A DNA stretch of 35,681 bases from a virus: the UHGV virus genome UHGV-0164984; one strand, 5' to 3'. Below are positions 7,005 through 15,361 of this stretch, one piece after another; positions within the stretch are counted from its first letter, which is position 1; each line of letters begins with the position of its first letter. Both the position numbers and the translations under genes were made by a program. The notes under the pieces are model-generated. The model was given only the letters and a program-made list of their open reading frames with translations. It was not told the DNA's origin and did not search any database.

Positions 7005-7574
7005 ATGAGGCTAATCGTGGGTAAGCATCACTGGAAAATAGAAAAACAGCCTGAGTGGTACGTGAAAGCTGTCAGAAAAACTATCGCGGCGTTGCCGGGT
7101 GGTTACGCTGAAGCGGCTGACTGGCTCGATGTAACAGAAAACGCTTTATTCAACCGCCTTCGTGCAGATGGCGATCAGATTTTCCCGCTGGGATGGGCAA
7201 TGGTTTTACAGCGTGCTGGTGGCACTCACTTCATTGCTGATGCTGTGGCGCAGTCTGCAAATGGCGTCTTTGTGTCTCTTCCTGACGTCGAGGATGTGGA
7301 CAACGCCGATATTAACCAGCGTCTGCTGGAAGTCATTGAACAGATCGGCAGTTATTCAAAACAGATTCGTTCAGCAATCGAAGACGGTGTAGTGGAACCG
7401 CATGAGAAGACAGCAATTAACGACGAGCTGTATCTCTCAATTTCGAAGCTGCAGGAGCATGCAGCACTTGTCTACAAAATTTTTTGCATTTCAGAAAGTA
7501 ATGACGCCCGCGAGTGTGCAGCTCCGGGCGTCGTGGCGTCGATTGCTTCTGGTTGTGGAGAAACTAACGCATGA
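7005..7574 (+). CDS. CII-like phage regulatory protein (e14 YmfL-like, 189 aa)
   Basis: Position after cro; size and [19 protein letters not shown] segment resemble CII/CP76-type regulators as I recall them; alternative GTG start at 7017 with GAGG SD. Confidence 0.55.
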   Translation: MRLIVGKHHWKIEKQPEWYVKAVRKTIAALPGGYAEAADWLDVTENALFNRLRADGDQIFPLGWAMVLQRAGGTHFIADAVAQSANGVFVSLPDVEDVDNADINQRLLEVIEQIGSYSKQIRSAIEDGVVEPHEKTAINDELYLSISKLQEHAALVYKIFCISESNDARECAAPGVVASIASGCGETNA

Positions 7575-7909
7575 ACAGTTTAACAACACACTACCGTCGC
7601 TCGCAACTGATTGCGCTTCCTGTACCGGGTGGAAAAGCGAAGGTGGAATATTGCTATGCAGTGAATGTACCAGGTGACAGGGAAATTGTAACCCACAGCT
7701 TTGCAGAGTGGGCTGTGGGTGATTTCAACCGGCAGAAGGAGACAGTCCTTTGCGACAAGTTAACCGCTGGTTCAAAGATCACTACGGAGTGCCCGTCAGA
7801 GTCATTCGTTGGGAGCCGGAAACACAACGGGTTATCTACCTCCGCGAAGGTTATGAGCATGAATGCTTCAGTCCGCTCGAACAGTTTCGTCGTAAATTCA
7901 GGGAAATAG
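7571..7909 (+). CDS. Hypothetical protein (e14 YmfM-like size, 112 aa); C-terminal third of doubtful coding quality
   Basis: ORF in operon position; N-terminal two-thirds protein-like, C-terminal part low-complexity; an alternative-frame ORF overlaps (see findings). Confidence 0.45.
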   Translation: MNSLTTHYRRSQLIALPVPGGKAKVEYCYAVNVPGDREIVTHSFAEWAVGDFNRQKETVLCDKLTAGSKITTECPSESFVGSRKHNGLSTSAKVMSMNASVRSNSFVVNSGK

Positions 7910-7918
7910 AGGTCGGTC

Positions 7919-8860
7919 ATGAGCACTAAATTAACCGGCTATGTATGGGATGGTTGCGCTGCATCAGGCATGAAGTTATCCAGCGTGGCAATTATGGCCC
8001 GCCTGGCTGATTTCAGTAATGACGAAGGTGTGTGCTGGCCATCAATTGAAACCATTGCCCGTCAGATTGGCGCGGGGATGAGTACCGTCAGAACGGCTAT
8101 CGCACGGCTGGAAGCAGAAGGCTGGTTAACGCGTAAGGCGCGTCGCCAGGGTAACCGCAATGCGTCGAATGTTTATCAGCTTAACGTTGCGAAGCTTCAG
8201 GCAGCGGCATTTTCTCAACTGTCAGATTCTGACCCGTCAAAATCTGACGCATCAAAATCTGACCCGTCAAAATTTGATGCGTCGAAATCTGGCAAAAAAG
8301 CGGGTTTTCACCCGTCAGAATCTGGCGGGGATCCGTCAGTAAAATCAAAACATGATCCGTCAGATAAAAAACCTTCTCGTCCGGACGCTTCGCAACCGGA
8401 CACGCAGACGGCTGAACAGGATTTTTTAACTCGCCATCCTGATGCGGTTGTATTCAGCCCTAAAAAGCGCCAGTGGGGAACGCAGGATGATTTGACCTGC
8501 GCACAGTGGCTCTGGAAAAAAATCATCGCCCTGTACGAGCAGGCCGCCGAATGTGACGGCGAGGTGGTTCGTCCCAAAGAACCTAACTGGACAGCCTGGG
8601 CAAACGAAATTCGCCTGATGTGTGTGCAGGATGGTCGTACTCACAAACAAATCTGCGAGATGTACAGCCGCGTCAGCCGCGATCCGTTCTGGTGCCGTAA
8701 CGTGCTCAGCCCGTCGAAGTTGCGGGAAAAATGGGATGAGCTTTCCCTGCGCTTATCGCCGTCCGTCAGCACGCACACAGAAAAACGTGAAGACCCGTAC
8801 TTCAAAGCCAGTTACGACAACGTGGACTACAGCCAGATCCCGGCAGGATTCAGGGGGTGA
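7919..8860 (+). CDS. Replication initiator (O-like, N-terminal HTH; internal iteron-encoded linker)
   Basis: 313 aa; N-terminal winged-helix-like region (…WPSIETIARQIGAGMSTVRTAIARLEAEGWL…); tandem DNA repeats inside the gene; position after cII-like gene. Confidence 0.75.
   Translation: MSTKLTGYVWDGCAASGMKLSSVAIMARLADFSNDEGVCWPSIETIARQIGAGMSTVRTAIARLEAEGWLTRKARRQGNRNASNVYQLNVAKLQAAAFSQLSDSDPSKSDASKSDPSKFDASKSGKKAGFHPSESGGDPSVKSKHDPSDKKPSRPDASQPDTQTAEQDFLTRHPDAVVFSPKKRQWGTQDDLTCAQWLWKKIIALYEQAAECDGEVVRPKEPNWTAWANEIRLMCVQDGRTHKQICEMYSRVSRDPFWCRNVLSPSKLREKWDELSLRLSPSVSTHTEKREDPYFKASYDNVDYSQIPAGFRG
8231..8373 (+). repeat. Iteron-like direct repeats (putative replication origin) inside replication initiator gene
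   Basis: About 15-bp units GACCCGTCAAAATCT / GACGCATCAAAATCT / GACCCGTCAAAATTT / GATGCGTCGAAATCT (8231-8290), further CCGTCAG-containing copies to about 8373, followed by A-rich stretch. Confidence 0.6.
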
Positions 8861-8862
8861 TC

Positions 8863-9351
8863 ATGAGTCTGTTAAATGACGTTCAGAAATTCATTGAAGC
8901 CCATCCGGGGTGTACTTCCGGAGACATTGCGGATGCTTTTGCTGGTTACTCACGGCAGCGCGTTCTGCAGTCAGCAAGCAAGTTACGTCAGAGTGGGCGT
9001 GTGGCTCACCGTTGTGAAGGAGATACACGCAGACATTTCCCGCGCCTGACTGAGAGAGCGCAGGAACCGGAACCACAACCAGTTCGTGAAACCAGACCTG
9101 TGCGCAATTTCTATGTCGGCACTAACGACCCGCGGGTGATTTTGTGCCTGGCCCGCCAGGCGGAAGAACTGGAGTCCAGGGGCTTATTTCGTCGTGCTGC
9201 AACCGTGTGGATGGCGGCATTCCGTGAAAGCCACTCCCAGCCAGAACGAAACAATTTTCTGGCGCGTCGTGAGCGGTGCTTACGGAAAAGCAGCAAGCGC
9301 GCTGCATCGGGTGAAGAGTGGTATCTGTCAGGGAATTACGTGGGGGCTTAA
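8863..9351 (+). CDS. Putative transcriptional regulator with PerC-like C-terminal region
   Basis: ATG at 8863 with GGGGG SD; C-terminal LARQAEELESRGLFRRAATVWMAAFRESHSQPERNNFLARRERCLRK resembles the PerC/Pch family as I recall it. Confidence 0.5.
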   Translation: MSLLNDVQKFIEAHPGCTSGDIADAFAGYSRQRVLQSASKLRQSGRVAHRCEGDTRRHFPRLTERAQEPEPQPVRETRPVRNFYVGTNDPRVILCLARQAEELESRGLFRRAATVWMAAFRESHSQPERNNFLARRERCLRKSSKRAASGEEWYLSGNYVGA

Positions 9352-9677
9352 TGACGACGTTAACTCAATGCCAGCAGCAGGTGCTGGATATGCTGATTTC
9401 TTATCAGAAAGAACGTGGCTTCCCACCAACCAATCAGGAGGTGGCAACCATGCTGGGATACCGTTCGGTGAATGCAGCGGTGGAGCATCTTCGTGCTCTG
9501 GAGAAAAAAGGCGTCATCACGATAAAGCGTGGCGTGGCCCGGGGGATAACGCTTCATACCGCGGTGAAGGACGACGACAGCGAGGCGGTCGGGATTATCC
9601 GCTCACTGCTTGCCGGTGAGGAAAACGCCAGGCTGCGTGCAGCCCACTGGTTACATGAGAGGGGCCTGAAAGTATGA
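9351..9677 (+). CDS. LexA N-terminal DNA-binding-domain-like protein (no peptidase domain)
   Basis: LTQCQQQVLDMLISYQKERGFPPTNQEVATMLGYRSVNAAVEHLRALEKKGVI parallels the LexA winged-helix domain; TAATG stop-start overlap with upstream gene. Confidence 0.6.
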   Translation: MTTLTQCQQQVLDMLISYQKERGFPPTNQEVATMLGYRSVNAAVEHLRALEKKGVITIKRGVARGITLHTAVKDDDSEAVGIIRSLLAGEENARLRAAHWLHERGLKV

Positions 9678-10063
9678 AGCTTATTCTGCCTTTTCCGCCC
9701 AGCGTGAACACGTACTGGCGACACCCCAACAAAGGGGCGTTTGCTGGTAAGAGCCTGATAAGCACGGCGGGGCGAAAATTCCAGAGCGCGGCGTGCGCAG
9801 CAATAGTTGAGCAGTTACGTCGTCTGCCGAAACCAACGTCGGCACCTGCTGCAGTGGAGATCGTGTTGTTTCCACCGGATAACCGGATCCGCGATCTGGA
9901 CAACTATAACAAGGCGCTGTTTGACGCCCTGACCCACGCGGGTGTGTGGGAAGACGACAGTCAGGTGAAAAGAATGCTGGTGGAGTGGGGACCGGTTATC
10001 CCGAAAGGGAAGGTCGAGATCACTATCAGTAAGTATGAGAAACCGGCGGGTGCAGCCGCCTGA
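9674..10063 (+). CDS. RusA-family Holliday junction resolvase
   Basis: 129 aa; LPFPPSVNTYWRH...DLDNYNKALFDALTHAGVWEDDSQV matches RusA signature with catalytic Asp cluster. Confidence 0.85.
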   Translation: MKLILPFPPSVNTYWRHPNKGAFAGKSLISTAGRKFQSAACAAIVEQLRRLPKPTSAPAAVEIVLFPPDNRIRDLDNYNKALFDALTHAGVWEDDSQVKRMLVEWGPVIPKGKVEITISKYEKPAGAAA

Positions 10064-10082
10064 TTAAGAGGAGAAACGAAGT

Positions 10083-10880
10083 ATGAATAATCTGATGGTT
10101 ATTGATGGTATTGAAGTTCGTCGTGATGCTTATGGGCGTTACAGCCTGAACGATCTGCACAGGGCTGCCGGTTCTCTGGATAAGCATAAGCCTGCATTCT
10201 GGCTCCGCAATGAGCAAACTGAACGTTTAATAAGCGAGTTGCAGATTTGCAACTCGGTCAATATAGAGCCAGTTAACGTTATTCGTGGCGGAAATAACCA
10301 GGGGACGTATGTCTGCAAAGAACTGGTGTATGCCTATGCAATGTGGATAAGCCCGTCATTCCATCTTAAGGTGATCCGTACTTTCGACATGGTAACCAGC
10401 GCACCGGAAAAATTATCCGGACAGGCTGCTGACAAGATGCAGGCTGGTGTGATTCTGCTGGACTTTATGCGCCGGGAATTAAATCTGTCTAACTCTTCAG
10501 TGCTTGGTGCCTGTCAGAAACTCCAGGAGGCTGTTGGCTTACCGAATTTGGCACCGCGCTATGCCATTGATGCTCCTGCTGACGCGCCTGATGGCTCAAG
10601 CCGCCCCACGCTGTCACTGAGTGCACTGCTGAAGCAGTATGGTATCCGCCTGACAGCTAATCAGGCATATCACCAGATGGCGAAGCTGGGGATCGTTGAA
10701 CAACGTGAACGATACAGCCGCACTGCGATTAACAACATCAAAAAATTCTGGTCGCTGACGGCGAAAGGCTGCATGTTCGGCAAAAACATCACCAGTCCCG
10801 CAAATCCGCGCGAGACGCAGCCGCATTTCTTCGAATCCCGATTCCCTGAGCTGTTAAAGCTGCTCGATACCGTTCATTGA
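10083..10880 (+). CDS. KilA-N domain protein (antirepressor-like)
   Basis: N-terminal YSLNDLHRAAG...KPAFWLRNEQTERLI is the KilA-N signature; C-terminal domain unknown. Confidence 0.75.
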   Translation: MNNLMVIDGIEVRRDAYGRYSLNDLHRAAGSLDKHKPAFWLRNEQTERLISELQICNSVNIEPVNVIRGGNNQGTYVCKELVYAYAMWISPSFHLKVIRTFDMVTSAPEKLSGQAADKMQAGVILLDFMRRELNLSNSSVLGACQKLQEAVGLPNLAPRYAIDAPADAPDGSSRPTLSLSALLKQYGIRLTANQAYHQMAKLGIVEQRERYSRTAINNIKKFWSLTAKGCMFGKNITSPANPRETQPHFFESRFPELLKLLDTVH

Positions 10881-10881
10881 G

Positions 10882-11877
10882 GTGACCGTGAGAGCACTAC
10901 TGACCCCTGAAATTGCCCCGCGTATGGGGATCGTATTGTTCAGGCCAGGTTCAGAGCTGATGCCCCTGTTTATGCAGGGGCGTGTCCTGCTGGAGCCTGA
11001 GCCGGAACGTTACTCATCTTTCGCCAGTGGTGCCGTTCCGGCGGCATCACAACCGCTGGCGGATGATCCTGCCGTTCGGGCCGTGTTCCGCAATGAGGCA
11101 GTGATCCGTCGTGCTGGTGGCGTGGAATGTCTTGAAAGCTGGTTACTTCGTGAAAAAGGCTGCCAGTGGCCTCATTCCGACTGGCACAGCGAGAACATGA
11201 CCACAATGCGACACGCTCCGGGCGCAATCCGTCTGTGCTGGCACTGCGATAACCAGCTGCGCGATCAGTTCACGGAACGGCTGGAATCAATGGCAACGGA
11301 TAACTGTGCCCGCTGGGTGTTGTCTGTTGTGCGTCGGGATCTCGGTTTTGATGACAGTCACGTTGTGACAATGCCGGAACTGTGCTGGTGGTTGATTCGT
11401 AATGATCTGGCGGATGCCTTACCGGAAAGTGCAGCCCGTAAGGCACTGAGATTACCGAAGCCTGTTGTGCCATCTGTCACCCGGGAAAGTGACCTTGTGC
11501 CTTCGGTTCCTGCCACCAGCATCATCCAGGATAAAGCGAAAAAGGTGCTGGCGCTGAAAGTGGATCCGGAGTCGCCGGAGTCTTTTATGTTACGCCCAAA
11601 ACGTCGCCGCTGGGTTAATGAAAAGTACACGCGCTGGGTTAAGACGCAGCCGTGTGCATGTTGTGGAAAGCCTGCTGATGATCCCCACCATCTGATAGGC
11701 CACGGTCAGGGGGGAATGGGTACAAAAGCGCATGATCTCTTTGTGTTGCCTTTGTGCAGAAAGCATCACGACGAGCTGCATGCGGATACCGTGGTATTTG
11801 AAGAGAAGTATGGCTCCCAACTGGAGCTGATATTTCGTTTTATCGATCGTGCGCTGGCAATTGGCGTGCTAGCCTGA
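10882..11877 (+). CDS. DUF968-family prophage protein with C-terminal Cys/His cluster
   Basis: 331 aa; C-terminal PCACCGKPADDPHHLIGHG...LCRKHHDELH; typical of the lambdoid Nin-like region. Confidence 0.7.
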   Translation: MTVRALLTPEIAPRMGIVLFRPGSELMPLFMQGRVLLEPEPERYSSFASGAVPAASQPLADDPAVRAVFRNEAVIRRAGGVECLESWLLREKGCQWPHSDWHSENMTTMRHAPGAIRLCWHCDNQLRDQFTERLESMATDNCARWVLSVVRRDLGFDDSHVVTMPELCWWLIRNDLADALPESAARKALRLPKPVVPSVTRESDLVPSVPATSIIQDKAKKVLALKVDPESPESFMLRPKRRRWVNEKYTRWVKTQPCACCGKPADDPHHLIGHGQGGMGTKAHDLFVLPLCRKHHDELHADTVVFEEKYGSQLELIFRFIDRALAIGVLA

Positions 11878-11894
11878 TTTTGTGGAGAAGGTTG

Positions 11895-12242
11895 ATGCGT
11901 GATATGTATGAAGTATTGGAGCGCTGGGGAGCATGGGCTACAGCAGATAATAGTGGCGTGGACTGGCAGCCGATAGCAGCAGGCTTCAAGGGGCTTTTAC
12001 CTCATGGCAAAAAGTCCCGGATTCAGTGTGATGATGATGAGGGGCTCATGATCGATGGGTGCGTAGCTAGATTAAGAAAGTACAAACCAGAAGAGTATGA
12101 ACTTATCGTTGCCCATTTTGTTATAGGAGTATCAATACGTACCATTGCAAAGAAAAGGAAATGTTCAGATGGGACTGTCAGAAAAGAATTGCAAGCCGCA
12201 ATTGGATTTGTGGAAGGCGTATTTAGTATTTTAAATATGTAA
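11895..12242 (+). CDS. Late-gene antitermination protein Q
   Basis: LERWGAWA...VDW...GFKGLLPHGKKSRIQCDDDEGL...IAKKRKCSDGTVRKELQ resembles Q-antiterminator family; precedes lysis region. Confidence 0.7.
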   Translation: MRDMYEVLERWGAWATADNSGVDWQPIAAGFKGLLPHGKKSRIQCDDDEGLMIDGCVARLRKYKPEEYELIVAHFVIGVSIRTIAKKRKCSDGTVRKELQAAIGFVEGVFSILNM

Positions 12243-12257
12243 GGGGCGGTGCCCCTT
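12230..12257 (-). terminator. Weak hairpin terminator between Q and the convergent MBL gene
   Basis: Stem AAGGGGC / GCCCCTT (12241-12257) with a U-rich stretch on the minus-strand side. Confidence 0.35.
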
Positions 12258-13347
12258 ATAAGCAAACAGCAGCGTAATGTGTTTCAACCTTAGGACTAGA
12301 CGTTAAGCAATTACTAACAGCAACTATTCCAAATTTATTGTTATTATTTGAAAATGAAACTGAACTTTTCATCTTCGCTAATATGCTCCGTGCTTCAGCA
12401 ATCGCAGGTGATTTTTCTTGAGCGTTATCACTTTTAGGCATCGATGTACAGTATAATGCTGATGATTTTGATTTGTAGAGGTCGATCATATCCTGCCGTG
12501 GTAGTGATGATTTATCATAAGTGGTTAAAATCGAAATAGGGTCTTTTTTGATTAGCTTGTTCCATGTTTCCTCATGAAAGCCTGTTTGGGAACCGTGGTG
12601 TGGAAGTTTGAAAATACCTGCTAAGTTTGGTTCTGGACGATTTATTGCATTGCAAACGGAATTCCATCCAGTGTTTTTACTAACTTCTAAATCTGCGCCT
12701 AATAATACTTCATTATTTTCTGATGTTGGAGAGCATATTCTGATTACAACGCAGTAGTGATTAGGATTAACTAATTTAGCAGACATGGCTATTTCGCTAA
12801 AATTTGATGATAATTTTGTAGAGTTTGCGAATTCAAGATCAGAGTTTGTTATATCCATATCAGAAGGCGATAACGAATGTACTTGAATATTCTCGCTGCT
12901 TTTGAATAGTATGCAGTCTTTTTTTGCATGGACAAGACGATCATTTTTGTGCAAATCATAGAATAAAGACATGACCTTGTTTATTTCTTTAGTTTTTGCC
13001 ATATCCTCACCATTAACACTTAGTGCATTAATATATCCTCTAAATTCAGATGTGTTCAATGCTGCGCTAATTACAACTTTTGCATTTTTGCAACTATTAA
13101 TAATTTCGGCTATCCCTTTAATATGATCATCGTGAAAATGACTAATGACTATCAGTTTTACTTCATCTTGTGGATTAACACCTTTTTCTTTCAGATAATC
13201 TAATGCTGCGGGGCGTTTATTATCATTTAAACAGGAATCAATAATCATCCATTCATTTAACCCAAGACGAACGACAATTGATTCGCCAATACCTTTACCA
13301 AAAACAATTGTTTCACAGATAGAGTTTTGAACAGTAGGCACCTGCAT
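12256..13347 (-). CDS. Metallo-beta-lactamase-fold hydrolase (distal gene of AT-rich cassette)
   Basis: 363 aa; HxHxDH motif SHFHDDH encoded at 13123-13143; additional His (KLPHHGSQ); AT-rich. Confidence 0.8.
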   Translation of the reverse strand: MQVPTVQNSICETIVFGKGIGESIVVRLGLNEWMIIDSCLNDNKRPAALDYLKEKGVNPQDEVKLIVISHFHDDHIKGIAEIINSCKNAKVVISAALNTSEFRGYINALSVNGEDMAKTKEINKVMSLFYDLHKNDRLVHAKKDCILFKSSENIQVHSLSPSDMDITNSDLEFANSTKLSSNFSEIAMSAKLVNPNHYCVVIRICSPTSENNEVLLGADLEVSKNTGWNSVCNAINRPEPNLAGIFKLPHHGSQTGFHEETWNKLIKKDPISILTTYDKSSLPRQDMIDLYKSKSSALYCTSMPKSDNAQEKSPAIAEARSILAKMKSSVSFSNNNNKFGIVAVSNCLTSSPKVETHYAAVCL

Positions 13348-13370
13348 TCACCGTATTGCGTAATTTCTAA

Positions 13371-13943
13371 TTATTGTTTAAAAATTCTTCTTAGGCGAAA
13401 TTCGGATACTCTTTTTTCTTGTCCAAATAAAGTTTTTTCCATACCAACATACCAATAAAAAATAGCGTTTTCGACAAGTTTTTGTTGATCGCTTTTACTA
13501 AATTCATCTGAAGAGAACGTTATCTCATCAATGAATTCATGAGAGTTTATATCATATACTCTAGCATGTATTTCTTTATTTGATTTCATATTGACAATTT
13601 TGTCAATTATACCATAAGTATCTAATGCCTTTTCAAGAAAGGTTATTTTTTCTTTAAGTCTTGCCTTGAGTTTTTTATGCTGAGTTCTATTTTTCACTCC
13701 TTTTTGTGTAGATGGGAATGGTTGCGGAGTAGGTATTTCAATTATATTTGTTGAATATTTTGAGCTGCAAGTTTCTTGCTGCTGTTCAAATGTTTCAGAA
13801 TAATTTTCAAAACCTGTCTTAATTATACAGGAAAGAGTTATGTTGTGGGTCTTTACAAATGTTTCAATGTTTTTTTCTTTTTTTGTTACGCAACGTGTAT
13901 TACTAAGGCTGGAAGAATTTTCAGGATAGGTTAATATATTCAT
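13371..13943 (-). CDS. Hypothetical protein (middle gene of AT-rich cassette)
   Basis: 190 aa ORF; start overlaps the upstream gene stop (ATGA at 13940-13943), implying translational coupling. Confidence 0.65.
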   Translation of the reverse strand: MNILTYPENSSSLSNTRCVTKKEKNIETFVKTHNITLSCIIKTGFENYSETFEQQQETCSSKYSTNIIEIPTPQPFPSTQKGVKNRTQHKKLKARLKEKITFLEKALDTYGIIDKIVNMKSNKEIHARVYDINSHEFIDEITFSSDEFSKSDQQKLVENAIFYWYVGMEKTLFGQEKRVSEFRLRRIFKQ

Positions 13944-14695
13944 GATAGAATCCGCTTAAACATTTGTTCATGGCTGAGGATATCATTCTTAATTGCTGCG
14001 GAAATATGTTTTTGAATTATATTTGGGAGTAATTGAGTGAATGCAACAGCGTCACGAATATCTTTCAAAGCTAGATCGTGATTGTATTGAACGTTTAAAC
14101 CAAATACATCTGGACTAACTTTTCTATACGAAGCATAAGAGACATTGATAGCCTCTTTGTAAATTGATTTATCTTCCTTGTTAGAGTTTTCTATTGCAAT
14201 GACTAAATTTCTCATCCCATAATGATATTCAACTTCATCCTGAAGTATTTCTGATTTATTGTGTTCTTGCCAATAAATTTTGGGGACTAATGCATCTCCT
14301 AACTGATTCCAGTTGGTTTCATTATTAAAATGATAATCAAAAAGGGTGTTTATTCCAACAGCTTGTGTCTCAGAATGAGGAAACATAGAAAATATTGATG
14401 ACACTAAGTCTGCCAAGGAATTTTCAAGCCCTGTTTTTTTCAGTTGAAATACTACTTTTGTTGGTATGCACGTAATCTCAATCCAACCGTAATCTGTTGT
14501 TATTGAATCACCATCAAAAGTTGTGTTTGAATTTGCTATATCTTCCTCTCTTAGCAAATCGTATCTTCTAAACCATTCAGATGAAAACATCAATGGAGTA
14601 ATGATGTTAGAGATCCATACAACATTAATCGTATGCTTAATAAGTTTGAAAGTCATAAATTGTTCTTGGCCCTCAGAATGAAAACCTAAGTGCAT
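13940..14695 (-). CDS. Hypothetical protein (first gene of AT-rich cassette)
   Basis: 251 aa ORF; alternative ATG at 14656 preceded by GAGGG; no recognisable motif. Confidence 0.65.
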   Translation of the reverse strand: MHLGFHSEGQEQFMTFKLIKHTINVVWISNIITPLMFSSEWFRRYDLLREEDIANSNTTFDGDSITTDYGWIEITCIPTKVVFQLKKTGLENSLADLVSSIFSMFPHSETQAVGINTLFDYHFNNETNWNQLGDALVPKIYWQEHNKSEILQDEVEYHYGMRNLVIAIENSNKEDKSIYKEAINVSYASYRKVSPDVFGLNVQYNHDLALKDIRDAVAFTQLLPNIIQKHISAAIKNDILSHEQMFKRILS

Positions 14696-14861
14696 TTAGG
14701 CATAGCTACCGCACGACTGTTTTTAATAAAACAATCCGATTGATAGCTATAACCTATTGATGTCTAACGTTATAGTGCATAAGAAACATAGCAAAAATCT
14801 AACGCGTACGCAAAAATTCTTGTAATCTGTTAAGAGTGGTTACTTTGCCACGCAGATTAAC

Positions 14862-14889
14862 CCCGCCGATGAGCGGGTTTTGTTGTTTC
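14862..14889 (+). terminator. Intrinsic terminator upstream of lysis genes (possible tR'-like late terminator)
   Basis: Stem CCCGC / GCGGG with loop CGATGA followed by TTTTGTTGTTTC; no plus-strand gene immediately upstream. Confidence 0.55.
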
Positions 14890-15031
14890 TAGGCCTGGGT
14901 GTTCGTTGGGGTTGGTCTATCCCGTAGTTACCTGTGGCTCGGCTTCTTTTACGTTTCCGCTTCTGATTTGCGGTTCGTGGTACTCCCTCAATTTGCACCT
15001 CCTGTATCGGCGAGGTGAGAGATAACTACAA

Positions 15032-15358
15032 ATGCCTCATAACCCAAATACCTGGCTGGAGTTGGTCCAGAGCTGGTGGCGTGGAGACACACCGCTGGGC
15101 GCAGTGATTATGTCGATTGTTATGGCTGGTTTACGTATTGCCTATTTTGGCGGTGGTGGCGGCTGGAAGCGAAAAGCACTCGAAATTCTACTCTGTGGCG
15201 CTCTGACGCTGACTTTTGCATCCGCTCTTGAGTATGTCGGATGGCCTAAATCACTATCTGTTGCCATTGGTGGTGGCGTTGGGTTGATCGGTGTCGATGC
15301 TATTCGTGGGGCTGCAATGAGAGTAATCGGTAATAAGTTTGGTGGCTCTAAGGAGTAA
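15032..15358 (+). CDS. Holin
   Basis: 108 aa with about three hydrophobic helices, charged C-terminus, GAGGTGAGAG SD, immediately upstream of endolysin. Confidence 0.7.
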   Translation: MPHNPNTWLELVQSWWRGDTPLGAVIMSIVMAGLRIAYFGGGGGWKRKALEILLCGALTLTFASALEYVGWPKSLSVAIGGGVGLIGVDAIRGAAMRVIGNKFGGSKE

Positions 15359-15361
15359 TTT

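Noticed and set aside
7402-7677. Alternative-frame ORF inside the CII-like gene
   Set aside because: Embedded in a better-supported gene, Cys/Arg-rich composition; spurious.
12256-14695. Shiga-toxin-like AB5 toxin at the Q-to-lysis locus
   Set aside because: Cassette is on the opposite strand, has three genes of the wrong sizes, no signal-peptide-bearing B-subunit-like ORF, and the distal gene has an MBL-fold motif.
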